Below are positions 61,801 to 64,000 of a DNA stretch of 64,000 bases, in pieces. Position numbers and translations under genes: made by a program. Origin of the DNA: Balanoglossus misakiensis (Eukaryota; Animalia; Hemichordata); the NCBI GenBank assembly GCA_040954595.2, contig CM082579.2:5693625-5757624 (forward strand), given 5' to 3'. Positions within the stretch are counted from its first letter, which is position 1, and the number at the start of each line of letters is the position of its first letter. The notes below the pieces were generated by a model, which saw only the letters and a program-made list of their open reading frames with translations, was not told the DNA's origin and did no database searches.

Positions 61801-64000
61801 GAAAATCAAAGTGACACATACACTGTATCAATTGTAATGTTTTGTCTCAGACCAGTCATTCTCTTTTTTCCACCACAAGCCCACTCCATGAAGTCGACAA
61901 GTAAATTGGATGGAGAATATTACTAGGACCCTGCAAATCAAAGTTCAGAGGAAGAAGTTTTTTTTGAATGACACAAACAGACAGACAGACATACACTGTA
62001 AGCTCCCACTGGCATACATACCAAATGGGAGCTAATTAGAAACTGGTGCTTCAGAAAAGTACCTAAAAACATAAAGGCAGCCTAAGGAGCATGTAGAACT
62101 GCTGATTGACGCAGCAAATTTCCATATATAAGAGACACTATCATTTAACATGATGACAACATTACACGCACTGTCAAAATGACTCTGAGCTGGAGAGCAA
62201 AATGAGCCCAAACAGGGCACACAAAAGAAATCCTGCCAACTATTGAAAATGAAACTAATCATAATCGACAATTACAGCTAAATTCTTGACAACTGCGTGT
62301 AACACTAACCGACACAATTTAAGAAGCCATTTAATGTATCGCTGACGAGCCACTACAGCACAGCGTAGGCACTGCGTAAAACAGCAAAGTGGGCTGCCAT
62401 GGATTAGCTTTGACACAGATCACGCAGTAAATTTTTCATACACCCAAGAATTAAAACTAATGGCCTGGAAAGTCAGGAACCACCCAAATTTCTTCTTATC
62501 AGTTACATGGTCTGCAAAGATCGTCATTTCTGATAAAAACCACCCTGTGCACGACAGAAAATCATTCTTCACATCCCCAGGCTAAAATGTTTCATCAAGT
62601 CCGTAGTTACATATTCAACTAGTCAATTTGAAAATGACGTGAGGGAAGTAAAAGCAATCCGGCACGCGGTTTGAAAGACAAACCCCAACACTGCTCATCT
62701 ACAGAGATTATATTAAGAGATAATGGCACAAATGCACGAGAGTGTGGGAGGCTTTTAACATCTAATTTCTAACAGGATAAACGAGAAACTAATGAGAATA
62801 TTGAGTAATAACAGAATCGCATGCAGATTATGCTCGCTCGTGCTAGCTCACTGTGTCCCATATTTTGTGCTGGCTCCTAGAAACTTCAGCACTGGAGGGG
62901 AAAAACTGAAAACCTGGTTAAATATTCATGTCAGAAATAAGCACTCAGTACATGTACATGTATATCCCTTTCCAGCCTGATTTTATGTCATCAATCTTTG
63001 ACAATAGAAATACACAATCCACACAACGCTCCGACAGACTTGAATCATGCACCAGATCCCGACAGCAAAAACCAATGCACCTGCCACACGAGATGAAATT
63101 TTATCTTTCTTTCATTATTTTCTATATTTTTTTGTCTTTGAGATATTACATTTTCACTCAAAACACGCAAAGAACGTTTAAGAGCAACTCAATTCTGCAA
63201 CACTAGAAGCAGTAAACACCCAGCGTCAATGAAACTTTTCACAACGCATTACACAAAGTCTAATTCATCTGTCATCCAATTTTCTCAGGAATGACTTACA
63301 TTTTAGTACTTTGCCCCTGTTATTTGGGCGAGCCATATAAAATAACCTATTTACCCAATTTTATGACTGCTTTCATGCATAAATCTCAGAATAAACCTTG
63401 CGCCATCAGTGGTCACTATTCAGCAGGCACTGAGTGAAACAAACATATATATTTCACGCTTTTTATGCAAATGACCTGAACAGAATTCTCAGCACTGCAA
63501 GACAACATAATTATGCCACTTTCTGATTTCTGAATTGGTAAATACATAGTCTAGTGCTTGGATGAGAGAATCTGTCGTTTCCACCAACTATTAGTTTCTT
63601 GAGGTCTGACTGTTCGCTGGAAGTTTCAGATGAGCCTCTGCATCGTTCAATTTCTTGGAAATCAAAGTAATTTAATTCTCATGAATCTAGTCTGTCACAA
63701 GCATTTTCCTGATGTGTAGCTGTGTATAATAATCACCTTGTCACATTCACGCTCATCAGTGACTCCAGCCAAGGCGATGACAGAACAGGACACAAAAAGC
63801 CAGACAACATCTACTCTAGCCCTGTCACTTCAAATCAGCATCGCATGACCTGAGCAAAACAACTCCTGCAGAAAGCGAGAGCATCACACACACATAATCT
63901 CTCTCCCCACTCCAACTTCCAAGGTTACAAATTTTACCTTCTTTAATAATCACAATAATTGCAACACAAACGGCAGCAATCAGGGTGAACTACGACGGCA

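Noticed and set aside
40895-64000. Numerous 60-155-aa ORFs in the upstream 23 kb
   Set aside because: No recognisable domains, no chain of splice-compatible exons, and random-like composition. No transposase or reverse-transcriptase motifs were seen.
1-64000. CRISPR arrays, operons, defence systems, tRNA or rRNA genes
   Set aside because: The DNA is clearly eukaryotic with spliceosomal introns. No regularly spaced repeats or RNA-gene signatures were recognised by eye.

Overview
Eukaryotic (animal, probably invertebrate bilaterian; species not determinable here) genomic DNA, AT-rich and intron-dominated. It holds one protein-coding gene, on the minus strand: an Fe65/APBB-family adaptor (closest in wording to APBB2) with an acidic, Tyr-rich N-terminus, a WW domain, PTB1 and PTB2. 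I assembled 11 phase-consistent GT-AG coding exons from ATG 40757 to TAA 3473 (2706 nt, 901 aa). The best hidden signal is a 6-nt microexon (GGAAAG, 12814-12819) that the ORF track cannot show. It sits deep in the 7.45-kb intron that splits PTB1 and converts GRDNGRDFAY to GRDNGRERDFAY, the same insertion as the neuron-specific microexon of vertebrate Fe65. It is flanked by a perfect branch point, a displaced pyrimidine tract, a UGC motif and downstream GCAUG motifs. Other points of interest are an in-frame 66-codon extension of the first PTB2 exon, an APP-like NPTY motif in the protein's own N-terminus, repeated YASL motifs, short palindromic MITE-like elements, RFX X-boxes and strong TACATGTA enrichment. 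I found no prokaryotic features, RNA genes or CRISPR arrays. Positions 40895-64000 appear non-coding (5'-UTR intron or upstream DNA).
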